Of a DNA stretch of 64,000 bases, positions 1-8,397 are shown piece by piece. The notes below the pieces were generated by a model. The model was not told where the DNA came from and ran no database searches. It saw only the letters and a list, made by a program, of their open reading frames with translations. The translations under genes and the position numbers were made by a program. The DNA comes from Candidatus Omnitrophota bacterium (lineage in GTDB: Bacteria > Omnitrophota > Gorgyraeia > Duberdicusellales > 4484-171). The stretch's first letter is position 1. Each line of letters opens with the position of its first letter. The stretch covers positions 6,296 to 70,295 of the forward strand of contig JBDRAN010000002.1 in the NCBI GenBank assembly GCA_043823745.1, written 5' to 3'.

Positions 1-216
1 GTCACGAGTATCCCCTTCATGGAAAAATTTTTCTTAATTATGTTGATTGCAATTGTTTCTCAATTGGGCGATTTGTTCGAGTCGTTGATTAAAAGGGATT
101 GCGAGGTTAAGGATTCGGGGAGAATCCTACCTGGAATGGGCGGGGTGCTCGATGTTATCGATAGTATAATTTTTACCGCCCCAACATTTTATTTGTATAT
201 TACCATGATGCGTTGA
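1..216 (+). CDS. cdsA: Phosphatidate cytidylyltransferase, C-terminal fragment (5' end lies outside the window)
   Basis: C-terminal motif GDLFESLIKRDxxVKDSGRILPGMGGVLDVIDS is characteristic of CdsA. The frame is open from base 1. Confidence 0.8.
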   Translation, partial: VTSIPFMEKFFLIMLIAIVSQLGDLFESLIKRDCEVKDSGRILPGMGGVLDVIDSIIFTAPTFYLYITMMR

Positions 217-540
217 CACGCGAATTACCGCGAATTTTAAAGAGCGCGAATTTTCGCTAATGATACATGACGCGAATTATCACGAATTTATAAACGCTAA
301 TTTACGCTAATTGAAAACATAGAGTGGGATTCAGAAGATTCCGGAATTTACTATAAGCTTAACTATAGCGTAAACTTTGGTTCTTAAAAAATAGATATTA
401 GGCGACAGATTTACGAAAAAGCCAGGAACTAACGTTTTTATTCGCGTGGATTAAGTTTCTTACTCGCGGTCGTACGTCCCGCCTGCATTGCATTCGGCGG
501 GATCCCGCAGAGAACTTTAGTTCGCATGCGGGACGTTTTC

Positions 541-587
541 TAAATTAGCGGTAATTAGCGTCTTTAGATTAGCGGTAATTCGCGTTT
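541..587 (+). promoter_or_regulatory. Duplicated AAATTAGCGGTAATT(A/C)GCGT(C/T)TT motif ending at the dxr start codon
   Basis: TAAATTAGCGGTAATTAGCGTCTT TAGATTAGCGGTAATTCGCGTTT ATG. The same 24-mer precedes the purQ ATG (57224-57247). Confidence 0.5.
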
Positions 588-1739
588 ATGAAAAAGGTAA
601 CCATATTCGGGTCGACCGGTTCAGTTGGAAAAAGCGCGCTTGATGTAGTGCGTGCATCAGGTGGCGCGCTCGTCGTAGAAGGATTATGCGCGTGCCGTGA
701 TACCAAGACGCTCCAAGCCCAGGTTCGAGAGTTCTCACCGGCGCGGGTATGTGTTGTCGATGCGCAAGCTGCCCGGGCTTTTCGTGCCGGACGGCGCGGG
801 ATGACCGTGTTTCGTGGTCCGGAGGGATTAGATGAGTTCACCCTCGGCAAGACGGATATTGCCGTAATGGCAATTTCCGGTATCTCGGCGCTTAAGCCGC
901 TTCTTTCGGTGATTCCTCACGCGCGGCGCGTGGCGCTTGTCAATAAAGAATCGATTGTTGCCGGTGGTTCGTTTGTGTTTGCGCGGGCACGCACGTATGG
1001 AACGCAGATTTTGCCGGTTGACAGCGAAATCAATGCTCTTTTCCAGCTTTTTAAAGCGCACGAGCGCCGTGGTAATGGATTTGATCGGGTGTACATAACG
1101 GCATCAGGTGGCGCGCTTTTCGGGTATAGCCGCGCGCGATTACAAAAGGTAACCGTGCGGGATGTTTTGGCGCATCCGACCTGGAACATGGGCGCGCGCA
1201 TTACGGTGGATAGCGCGACGCTGGTCAATAAAGCGTTTGAGGTTATCGAAACGCATCATTTTTTCAATGTCGCATATTCCAAGATAGGAGTAGTGATTCA
1301 CCGGAAATCTCAAATCCATGCGTTCGTAGAATTTTGTGATAAAACAATAATGGCGTGCATGTATCCGGCGGATATGCGCATACCGATCGCGTTTGCGCTG
1401 CATTATCCTAGGCGCGTGGAAAACTCGCGCGGGATTGACTTTTCCCGATCGTTCTCGTTTGACTGTGCACCCTTCGCGCAAAAGCAGTTTCCGCTTTTTG
1501 AGCTTGTTATGAACGCGGCGGCGCGTCGTGATAATGGTTTGGTCGTATTGAATGCCGCCGATGAAAAAGCGATTGAATACTTCTTGAAGAATAAAATAGG
1601 TTTTACCGATATCGGCAAGGTTATGGAGTATATGGGTGAACACTATCCTTCGACGGCGCTGGCCGGTATCGAGGATGTTTTTTATTGGAATGAATGGGCG
1701 AGCAGTAAAGCAGAGGAGTACATACAAACGTTATGCTAA
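588..1739 (+). CDS. dxr: 1-deoxy-D-xylulose 5-phosphate reductoisomerase
   Basis: N-terminal ITIFGSTGSVGKSALDVV NADPH-binding motif. 383 aa. Conserved cdsA-dxr-rseP-ispG neighbourhood. Confidence 0.9.
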   Translation: MKKVTIFGSTGSVGKSALDVVRASGGALVVEGLCACRDTKTLQAQVREFSPARVCVVDAQAARAFRAGRRGMTVFRGPEGLDEFTLGKTDIAVMAISGISALKPLLSVIPHARRVALVNKESIVAGGSFVFARARTYGTQILPVDSEINALFQLFKAHERRGNGFDRVYITASGGALFGYSRARLQKVTVRDVLAHPTWNMGARITVDSATLVNKAFEVIETHHFFNVAYSKIGVVIHRKSQIHAFVEFCDKTIMACMYPADMRIPIAFALHYPRRVENSRGIDFSRSFSFDCAPFAQKQFPLFELVMNAAARRDNGLVVLNAADEKAIEYFLKNKIGFTDIGKVMEYMGEHYPSTALAGIEDVFYWNEWASSKAEEYIQTLC

Positions 1740-2848
1740 ATACGATTGCCTTCGTCGGGCTGTTAGGGGTTTTGATTATTGCGCATGAATTCGGTCATTT
1801 TATTGTGGCTAAATTAAGCGGGGTGGGAGTGGAGCGTTTTGCTATAGGGTTTGGCCCGGTGATTTTTAAGCATAAAGGAAAAGAAACTGAATTTGTTGTG
1901 TGCGCGTTGCCTTTGGGTGGTTATGTGAAGCTCGCCGGAGATAATCGTGGGGCGTGCAAAGGGCTTGCGAATGAGTTTTTCTCAAAGCCAATCGCGACGC
2001 GCATCCGTATTGTGCTCGCCGGACCGGTATTTAATTATCTGCTCGCTTTTATTCTTTTCTGGGCCATTGCGGTTATCGGATTTTCCTATTTAGAGCCGGT
2101 GGTCGGTAACGTGAAAACGGGGTATCCTGCCCAGGCAGCGGGACTTTTGCCCGGCGATAGAATAACTAAAGTCAACGATAAAACCGTCGAAAGCTGGACG
2201 GAGATGACGTATCTTATCAGAACCAGCTCCGAGAATGTTCGGCTTCTTATTGAGCGCGAGGGGGTGGCGATGCCGGTTGTCGTTTCCCTTAAAGAGGCGG
2301 TTATCAATAATGGGTTAGGTGAGAAGAAAAAAACACCCATCATTGGCATTGAGGCGTCAGGATCGGTGCGAAAAGTGCAGTATAATGTATTTACGGGTTT
2401 TATAAAGGGCGCGGAGTACTTGTATTATCACACGATGATCACGGTGTTCAGTTTCGCGTATATGATTCTTGGAAAGATCTCGGCAACCGAAGCGGTGGGC
2501 CCGCTGGGGATTTACGCGATTACCTCGGAAGCGGTTCGGGCCGGGATCGTAGCGTTTCTTTCTCTTGCGGCGGCGCTTAATATCAGTCTGGCGGTGATTA
2601 ACCTATGTCCTTTGCCGGTGCTTGACGGCGGGCATATTTTTTTATTTGGTCTTGAGAAGTTACGAGGTAAGCCACTGAGTGAAAAAGCAGAAGATATTTT
2701 AGCTAAGGTGGGCATTGCGGCAATCGGTTTCTTGTGTTTGTTCGTTTTCTATAATGATATTTTACGTTTTGGCCCGCGGCTCTGGGGAAAGGACCGTAAC
2801 GCGGGCATCACGGCGAACCAGGCAGCGCCGGATGAACCCATAAAATAA
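1733..2848 (+). CDS. rseP: RseP-type site-2 zinc metalloprotease (PDZ-containing intramembrane protease)
   Basis: HEFGHF zinc motif at the N-terminus, multiple TM segments, an internal PDZ-like region (LLPGDRITKVNDK), and the C-terminal LDGGH motif. Confidence 0.85.
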   Translation: MLNTIAFVGLLGVLIIAHEFGHFIVAKLSGVGVERFAIGFGPVIFKHKGKETEFVVCALPLGGYVKLAGDNRGACKGLANEFFSKPIATRIRIVLAGPVFNYLLAFILFWAIAVIGFSYLEPVVGNVKTGYPAQAAGLLPGDRITKVNDKTVESWTEMTYLIRTSSENVRLLIEREGVAMPVVVSLKEAVINNGLGEKKKTPIIGIEASGSVRKVQYNVFTGFIKGAEYLYYHTMITVFSFAYMILGKISATEAVGPLGIYAITSEAVRAGIVAFLSLAAALNISLAVINLCPLPVLDGGHIFLFGLEKLRGKPLSEKAEDILAKVGIAAIGFLCLFVFYNDILRFGPRLWGKDRNAGITANQAAPDEPIK

Positions 2849-2850
2849 CA

Positions 2851-3897
2851 ATGAGTACCACCGCGCATATAGGAAAGCTGGTTATCGGAGGAAAGCACCC
2901 GATTAGGATCAAGGGGATGCTTAAGACAATCCTTACCAAGCGACGCCACGTGTGCGCCGAAGCGCGGGCGCTTGTGGCCCAGGGCGCCGAAGCGATCAGA
3001 ATCGCGATCAAAAGGCCGGGGGAAGCTCGTGTTGCTCATTGGATACGAAAGGAAGTTACCGTTCCGCTGGTTGCGGATATCCATTTTAATTATAAGCTTG
3101 CCCTTGAGGCGATTGACTCAGGTTTCGAAGGAATACGTTTAAACCCGCTTAATATAACCGATGTTTTTCACATAAAGGAAGTGGTCCAGAAAGCAAAAAG
3201 AAACGATGTCGCTATACGCGTAGGAATTAATTCCGGTGGTTTCAAGAAAAGTTTTTCTTCCGAAGCCTCGCAGGCAAACGCTATGGTCAGCGCGGTTTCT
3301 GATTTTATACGGATACTTGAGAGTAAGCGTTTCACGAATATCACGGTTTCACTGAAAGCTGCCACGGTGCGTGCCACAATCGCCGCGAACAGGCTTTTCG
3401 CTAAAAAAAGCCGTTATCCGTTGCATCTTGGCGTAACCGCGACCGGGCCTTTTCTTGACGCAGTGGTAAAGTCATCAATCGGTATCGGAGTACTTCTTGA
3501 AGAGGGTATCGGAAGTATCATCAGAGTATCGCTGACTGCTCCTTCCGATTTGGAAATCAGGGTTGCAAAGATACTGCTTCAGGCATTGCATTTGAGATCA
3601 TTTGGCCCTGAGATTATTTCCTGTCCAACCTGTTCGCGTTGTCAGGTTGATTTAATACGTATTGTTGATACGTTTAACGAAGAAATGGAAAAGGCAGTCG
3701 CTCGAGGAAAGAAGTTTCCCAGCACGATTGCGTTGATGGGGTGTGAAGTTAATGGTCCCGGCGAGGCGCGACAGGCAGACATTGGTGTTGCTTTTGGAAA
3801 TAAACGCGGTATTATTTTTCAAAAGGGAGAGATTGTCGGTCAGATTGCGGAAAAGAATTGCGTTCAGGAATTCCTGAAATGGATGGAGGCAAAATGA
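2851..3897 (+). CDS. ispG: 4-hydroxy-3-methylbut-2-enyl diphosphate synthase (GcpE/IspG)
   Basis: 348 aa. C-terminal CPTCSRC...GCEVNGPGEA Fe-S motif typical of IspG. Sits beside dxr and rseP. Confidence 0.85.
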   Translation: MSTTAHIGKLVIGGKHPIRIKGMLKTILTKRRHVCAEARALVAQGAEAIRIAIKRPGEARVAHWIRKEVTVPLVADIHFNYKLALEAIDSGFEGIRLNPLNITDVFHIKEVVQKAKRNDVAIRVGINSGGFKKSFSSEASQANAMVSAVSDFIRILESKRFTNITVSLKAATVRATIAANRLFAKKSRYPLHLGVTATGPFLDAVVKSSIGIGVLLEEGIGSIIRVSLTAPSDLEIRVAKILLQALHLRSFGPEIISCPTCSRCQVDLIRIVDTFNEEMEKAVARGKKFPSTIALMGCEVNGPGEARQADIGVAFGNKRGIIFQKGEIVGQIAEKNCVQEFLKWMEAK

Positions 3898-5147
3898 CGG
3901 ATATTAAGGCGATTAAGAAAGAGTTGCGTAAAGAATTAAGTTTTTCTTTAGGGGACGACGACAAGCTTACCGAAGCCATGGTGCGCGATCGCGTGAGCCG
4001 TATTTTTGAATATTGGGAGAAAGAGCGCAACCGTGTTATCGAGGCTACCGCGAAAGAAAAGATACTTCAGGAACTATGCGATGAATTTTTAGGAATGGGG
4101 CCGCTGAAAGATTTGATGGCCGATCCGGCGGTTACCGAAATTATGATCAACGGGCCCCAGAAAGTGTATATCGAAAAAAACGGTAAGAAAGTTTCTACCG
4201 AGGTTACGTTTGATGACGAAACACATCTTCGGCACTTTGTGGAAAAAATGCTTATGCCCACGGGCCGGCGGGTTGATGAGTCATATCCGTATGTTGATTT
4301 TGCACTGAACGACGGTTCCCGTGTTAACGTGATTATCCCGCCGCTTTCTGTCGGTGGAGCGACCGTAACAATTCGAAAGTTTTTACGCAGCATTAATCAG
4401 ATAGAGGACCTGGTAGGGTTAGGCACTATCGATCAGCGTATGGCTGATTTTCTGGTTGCCTGCACCCGTGCTAAAATCAACGTACTTTTTTCGGGTGCTA
4501 CCGGAAGCGGTAAAACGACAACGCTGGAGGTACTTTCTTCCTACATCAGCCCACAGGAGCGTATCATTGTCATTGAAGATACGCTTGAATTGACGCTGAG
4601 ACAGGAACATGTGGTGCGGCTCTTAACGCGCCCGCCCAACATTGAAGGGAAAGGAACCGTTGAGATCAGGGATCTTTTTATTAATACCTTACGTATGAGG
4701 CCGACGCGAATTATTCTCGGTGAAATCCGCGGCGCCGAGGCAATGGATTATTTGCAGGCCTTAAACTCTGGGCACCGGGGGTGTCTGGCGGTTATCCATG
4801 CCTCAACCCCGCTTGATGCCTTAACGCGTCTTGAAACGACGGCTTTGTATGCCGGTCTCTATATGCCGGTTTGGGCCATACGCAAGCAGATTACCTCGGG
4901 AGTTGACTTAATAGTGCAGCACGATCAGCTTACCGATGGCTCGCGTAAAATTACGTATATGACCGAAGTCGAGCGCATGGAAGGCGAAGAGATCATTCTG
5001 CGTGATATTTTCCGTTACGAGATCGAAGACATCGATGACGAAGGAAAAGTACGGGGAAAATTTAGCGTCAAGAACGTTCCGACATTTTTCCATTTGTTTA
5101 AAAAGAAAGGCGTTGAGCTTAACGAGAGCATATTTAAAGAGAAATAA
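3894..5147 (+). CDS. CpaF/TadA-family type II/IV secretion-system ATPase (orphan)
   Basis: Walker A motif FSGATGSGKTTTLEVL, plus the T2SSE-like core (IEDTLEL, RMRPTRIILGEIRG). Start chosen at ATG 3894 with GGAGG 5 nt upstream rather than the track's 3858 start, which would overlap ispG. Confidence 0.7.
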   Translation: MTDIKAIKKELRKELSFSLGDDDKLTEAMVRDRVSRIFEYWEKERNRVIEATAKEKILQELCDEFLGMGPLKDLMADPAVTEIMINGPQKVYIEKNGKKVSTEVTFDDETHLRHFVEKMLMPTGRRVDESYPYVDFALNDGSRVNVIIPPLSVGGATVTIRKFLRSINQIEDLVGLGTIDQRMADFLVACTRAKINVLFSGATGSGKTTTLEVLSSYISPQERIIVIEDTLELTLRQEHVVRLLTRPPNIEGKGTVEIRDLFINTLRMRPTRIILGEIRGAEAMDYLQALNSGHRGCLAVIHASTPLDALTRLETTALYAGLYMPVWAIRKQITSGVDLIVQHDQLTDGSRKITYMTEVERMEGEEIILRDIFRYEIEDIDDEGKVRGKFSVKNVPTFFHLFKKKGVELNESIFKEK

Positions 5148-5236
5148 AAATGATTCCGGAGATTAGGTAAAGATTCCAGAGATTATGAAATCCCGTAATC
5201 TTTCTTTAATCTCTGTAATCTAATTAAAGGTTTTCA

Positions 5237-6460
5237 ATGTTATTCTCAAAAAGTTTTATTCCGACAACCCGGGAAGTGCCCAAAGATATTGAAGCAAAGA
5301 GCCACATTATGGCCTTGCGCGCGGGGCTTCTCTATATGGCTTCGGCAGGGATCTATTCGTATCTTCCTTTAGGCTACAAAATTTTACGTAAGATTGAGAG
5401 TATTATTCGAAAGCATATGAATGCCACCGGCGCGCAGGAGCTCTTCATGTCGGCCTTGCAGCCCATTGATATCTGGGAGAAAACCGGCAGAGATAAAACG
5501 CTTTCCGAGGTGATGGTGCGCTTTAAGGATCGCCGGGGAAGGGATTTGTGCCTTGGCCCGACGCATGAGGAGATGATCACCGAGATCGTTAAAAAGTATG
5601 TTTTTTCCTATAAACAACTTCCGCTTACGCTCTATCAGATACAGACTAAATTTAGAGATGAACCGCGTCCGCGTTTCGGATTACTTCGTACCTGTGAGTT
5701 TATCATGAAAGATGCGTATAGTTTTGATGCCACCGAAGCCGGCCTCACCGAAAATTACCAGAAGATGCTTGCCGCGTATCAGAATATTTTTAAAGAATGC
5801 GGTCTTAACTTCGTAATGATCGAGGCTGACTCCGGCGCGATGGGTGGAAGCGTTTCTCATGAGTTTTTAGTGGAGGCGGCTATCGGAGAGGATATTCTGT
5901 ACTATTGCCCCGGGTGCAATAAATACGGTAAAACGGAAGGCTCCTGTCTCACTTGTCAAGGTGCCATGAGCGCGCGAACCATGATCGAGATCGGCCATAT
6001 TTTTAAACTCGGGACAAAGTATTCACTCGCTCAGGAAGCACTTTTTCTTAATCGGGAAGGCGCGCGCCTGCCGCTTATTATGGGTTGCTATGGAATAGGG
6101 GTGAGCAGGTTGCTTCCTGCAATTATTGAAACTAACAGCGACGACAAGGGGATTATCTGGCCTGCTTCGGTAAGTCCCTTTGATGCGACGGTGGTCGTCG
6201 TGGGGGAGAGCCTTACGTCCCAGGCGCTGACACTTGCCGACGTGCTTACGAAAGAAGGTTTTGATATTCTTGTGGATGAGCGCAACGAGAGTGCGGGTGT
6301 TAAATTCAACGATGCATTGCTTCTGGGCAACCCCTATACACTTATTATCGGAAAAGGGTACGCTGCCTCAGGAAAGATTGACGTCGAGGCGCGCGCAACG
6401 AAAGAAAAAGTAAGCTTAACACAAGAGGAACTTATTACTTTTTTGCATGAAAAGCGGTGA
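5237..6460 (+). CDS. proS: Prolyl-tRNA synthetase, short form lacking the INS editing domain
   Basis: N-terminal LRAGLLYMASAGIYSYLPLGYKILRKIE is a ProRS signature with class II motifs. Only 407 aa. A CPGC...CLTC insert sits where the INS domain normally lies. Confidence 0.8.
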   Translation: MLFSKSFIPTTREVPKDIEAKSHIMALRAGLLYMASAGIYSYLPLGYKILRKIESIIRKHMNATGAQELFMSALQPIDIWEKTGRDKTLSEVMVRFKDRRGRDLCLGPTHEEMITEIVKKYVFSYKQLPLTLYQIQTKFRDEPRPRFGLLRTCEFIMKDAYSFDATEAGLTENYQKMLAAYQNIFKECGLNFVMIEADSGAMGGSVSHEFLVEAAIGEDILYYCPGCNKYGKTEGSCLTCQGAMSARTMIEIGHIFKLGTKYSLAQEALFLNREGARLPLIMGCYGIGVSRLLPAIIETNSDDKGIIWPASVSPFDATVVVVGESLTSQALTLADVLTKEGFDILVDERNESAGVKFNDALLLGNPYTLIIGKGYAASGKIDVEARATKEKVSLTQEELITFLHEKR

Positions 6461-6908
6461 CGAGCAACTATTAAGGGAAAAAATCGAAAGCTTGGCAGGG
6501 GAGCAGGCCTTAGAGCTTATCGAATATAAGTTTTTTTCACACCGCGGCAACTACACGGTGCGTTGCCTGGTTGATTTTCCTGCCGGAGGCGTTACGGTTG
6601 ATGATTGTAGCAGGCTTAATCGGAAAATAGTCGGGATGCTTGAAGAAACCGGAGCACTCGGCGATGATTTTAATGTCGAGGTTAATTCTCCGGGTATTGA
6701 CAGACCGATTATCACCTATAAGGATTTTTTACGCTCCAAGGGAAAATCTATTTGCCTATGGCTTAAGGATGCGTGCGAAAAGAAAACATATTGGGAGGGA
6801 GTTATCGTAGAGGTAAGCTCGAATCATATTGGGCTTATGGCTCAGGACAGCTTATTGCATATTGAGTTGTCTAATATTAAACTAGGGAAGGAGAAAATAG
6901 ACCTATGA
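6447..6908 (+). CDS. rimP: Ribosome maturation factor RimP
   Basis: 153 aa. Sequence similarity (VDFPAGGVTVDDCSRLNRKI...NVEVNSPGIDRP) and conserved position upstream of nusA. Confidence 0.8.
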   Translation: MKSGDEQLLREKIESLAGEQALELIEYKFFSHRGNYTVRCLVDFPAGGVTVDDCSRLNRKIVGMLEETGALGDDFNVEVNSPGIDRPIITYKDFLRSKGKSICLWLKDACEKKTYWEGVIVEVSSNHIGLMAQDSLLHIELSNIKLGKEKIDL

Positions 6909-8155
6909 ATAAAGAATTCTTAACAGTACTTGAGCAACTAGAACGTGAAAGGGGGCTCGATAAAGCGCTCCTGATCGATGCTGTCCAGCAGGCACTTGTT
7001 GTTGCCGCGAAGAAGATCGCCAAAATTACGTCGCCGGGAGCGGATGTAAAAGTTGAAATTGATCCAAACAAAGGCGACATCCATGTGTGGGTTGGCGACA
7101 GCGAAGTTGTTTCCCGTGACTTCGGCCGCATTGCTGCGCAGACCGCTCGACAGGTGATTATCCAGAAGATACGGGAAGCCGAGAAAGATAATATTTATAA
7201 CGAGTTTAAGAACAAAGAAGGCGATATTGTCAGTGGGGTAGTCTACCGGCTTGAGAGAAAAGCGGTCATTCTTGACCTGATGGGTAAAGCGGAAGGAATC
7301 ATGCCGCATTCGTTTCTTTCTACACTTGATAAATTTAGGCTCGGTGAGCGCGCGAAAGCCTTTGTGTATGAAGTAAAGAAAGACAAGGGGACGCAGATTA
7401 TTTTATCGCGTAAGCATGAGGGTTTGGTCAAGAAGCTTTTCGAACTTGAGGTGCCGGAAATTTTCGAAGGGATTGTGGAAATCCGTTCAATCGCGCGCGA
7501 GGCAGGAGAACGAACGAAAATAGCGGTGTACTCTAAGGACGATAAGGTTGACGGCGTCGGCGCGTGCGTTGGCATACGCGGTTCACGGGTAAAAAATATT
7601 ATTGAAGAGTTGCGCGGAGAAAAAATCGATATCGTGCGGTGGAACGCCGACATTAAGGAATTTATCAAGGCAGCGCTTGCACCGGCGGTCGTTTCGCGTA
7701 TTGAGCTTGATCGGGATAACAAGCGGGCTCGCGTCCTTGTCGCCGGAGACCAGCTTTCAATCGCGATCGGTAAGCGCGGTCAGAATGTGCGTCTTGCGTC
7801 GCGCGTCGTAGGTTGGGAAATCGATGTGCGCTCCAAGGAAGCTATCGAAGAGGAATTAAAAGAAATGTTGGCGCTCAAAAGCATCGGTAAAAAACTTTCT
7901 GCGGTTTTAGTTGATGCCGGGTATGCCGGTATCTCCTCGTTGATCAATGCAGGTTCCGATAAGCTATCTGAACTTAAAGGAATCGGTGAAAAAAAAGCGC
8001 AAAAGATTATTGCAGAAGCTAAGCAAGCGCTTGCAACAAAAAAAGAAAAATCAGCTGCACAAGCGGCTGCGGTAGCTCAGGCGAAACTTGACGCAGAAGC
8101 AAAGGCAAAAAACGAGACCACGCCGCCTATCGATGGCTCGTCAATTCCAGCGTGA
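6905..8155 (+). CDS. nusA: Transcription termination/antitermination factor NusA
   Basis: N-terminal MNKEFLTVLEQLERERGLDKALLIDAVQQAL, with S1 and KH regions (GIRGSRVKNIIEELRGEKIDIV). 416 aa. Confidence 0.9.
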   Translation: MNKEFLTVLEQLERERGLDKALLIDAVQQALVVAAKKIAKITSPGADVKVEIDPNKGDIHVWVGDSEVVSRDFGRIAAQTARQVIIQKIREAEKDNIYNEFKNKEGDIVSGVVYRLERKAVILDLMGKAEGIMPHSFLSTLDKFRLGERAKAFVYEVKKDKGTQIILSRKHEGLVKKLFELEVPEIFEGIVEIRSIAREAGERTKIAVYSKDDKVDGVGACVGIRGSRVKNIIEELRGEKIDIVRWNADIKEFIKAALAPAVVSRIELDRDNKRARVLVAGDQLSIAIGKRGQNVRLASRVVGWEIDVRSKEAIEEELKEMLALKSIGKKLSAVLVDAGYAGISSLINAGSDKLSELKGIGEKKAQKIIAEAKQALATKKEKSAAQAAAVAQAKLDAEAKAKNETTPPIDGSSIPA

Positions 8156-8397
8156 CGGAGCTTGAGTACCTGGAAATAGAGCGTGGCGTGCGTTAACCGG
8201 AAAAATGCAATTGAGAAGTCAAAAAAGCTATAGCGGAAACAGTGTTTGGAGGTATGGTAAAAGCATAGCGATGTGTGCTGAAATTTTCGGCGGAAATCTC
8301 GGCGGGCATCCCGAGTGCAGCCTACCGCCTGCGAAGCGTCCCGAAAGGGACTGCGAAGTATGCACTTTTTTGGTTAAGGTAAAGGACGGTGAGTGTA

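Noticed and set aside
1140-1727. 195-aa minus-strand ORF inside dxr
   Set aside because: Antisense to a well-supported Dxr. Arg-rich, with low-complexity composition.
3858-3893. Upstream extension of the CpaF-like ORF overlapping ispG
   Set aside because: An internal ATG at 3894 has GGAGG at -5 to -9, and the extension has no conservation.
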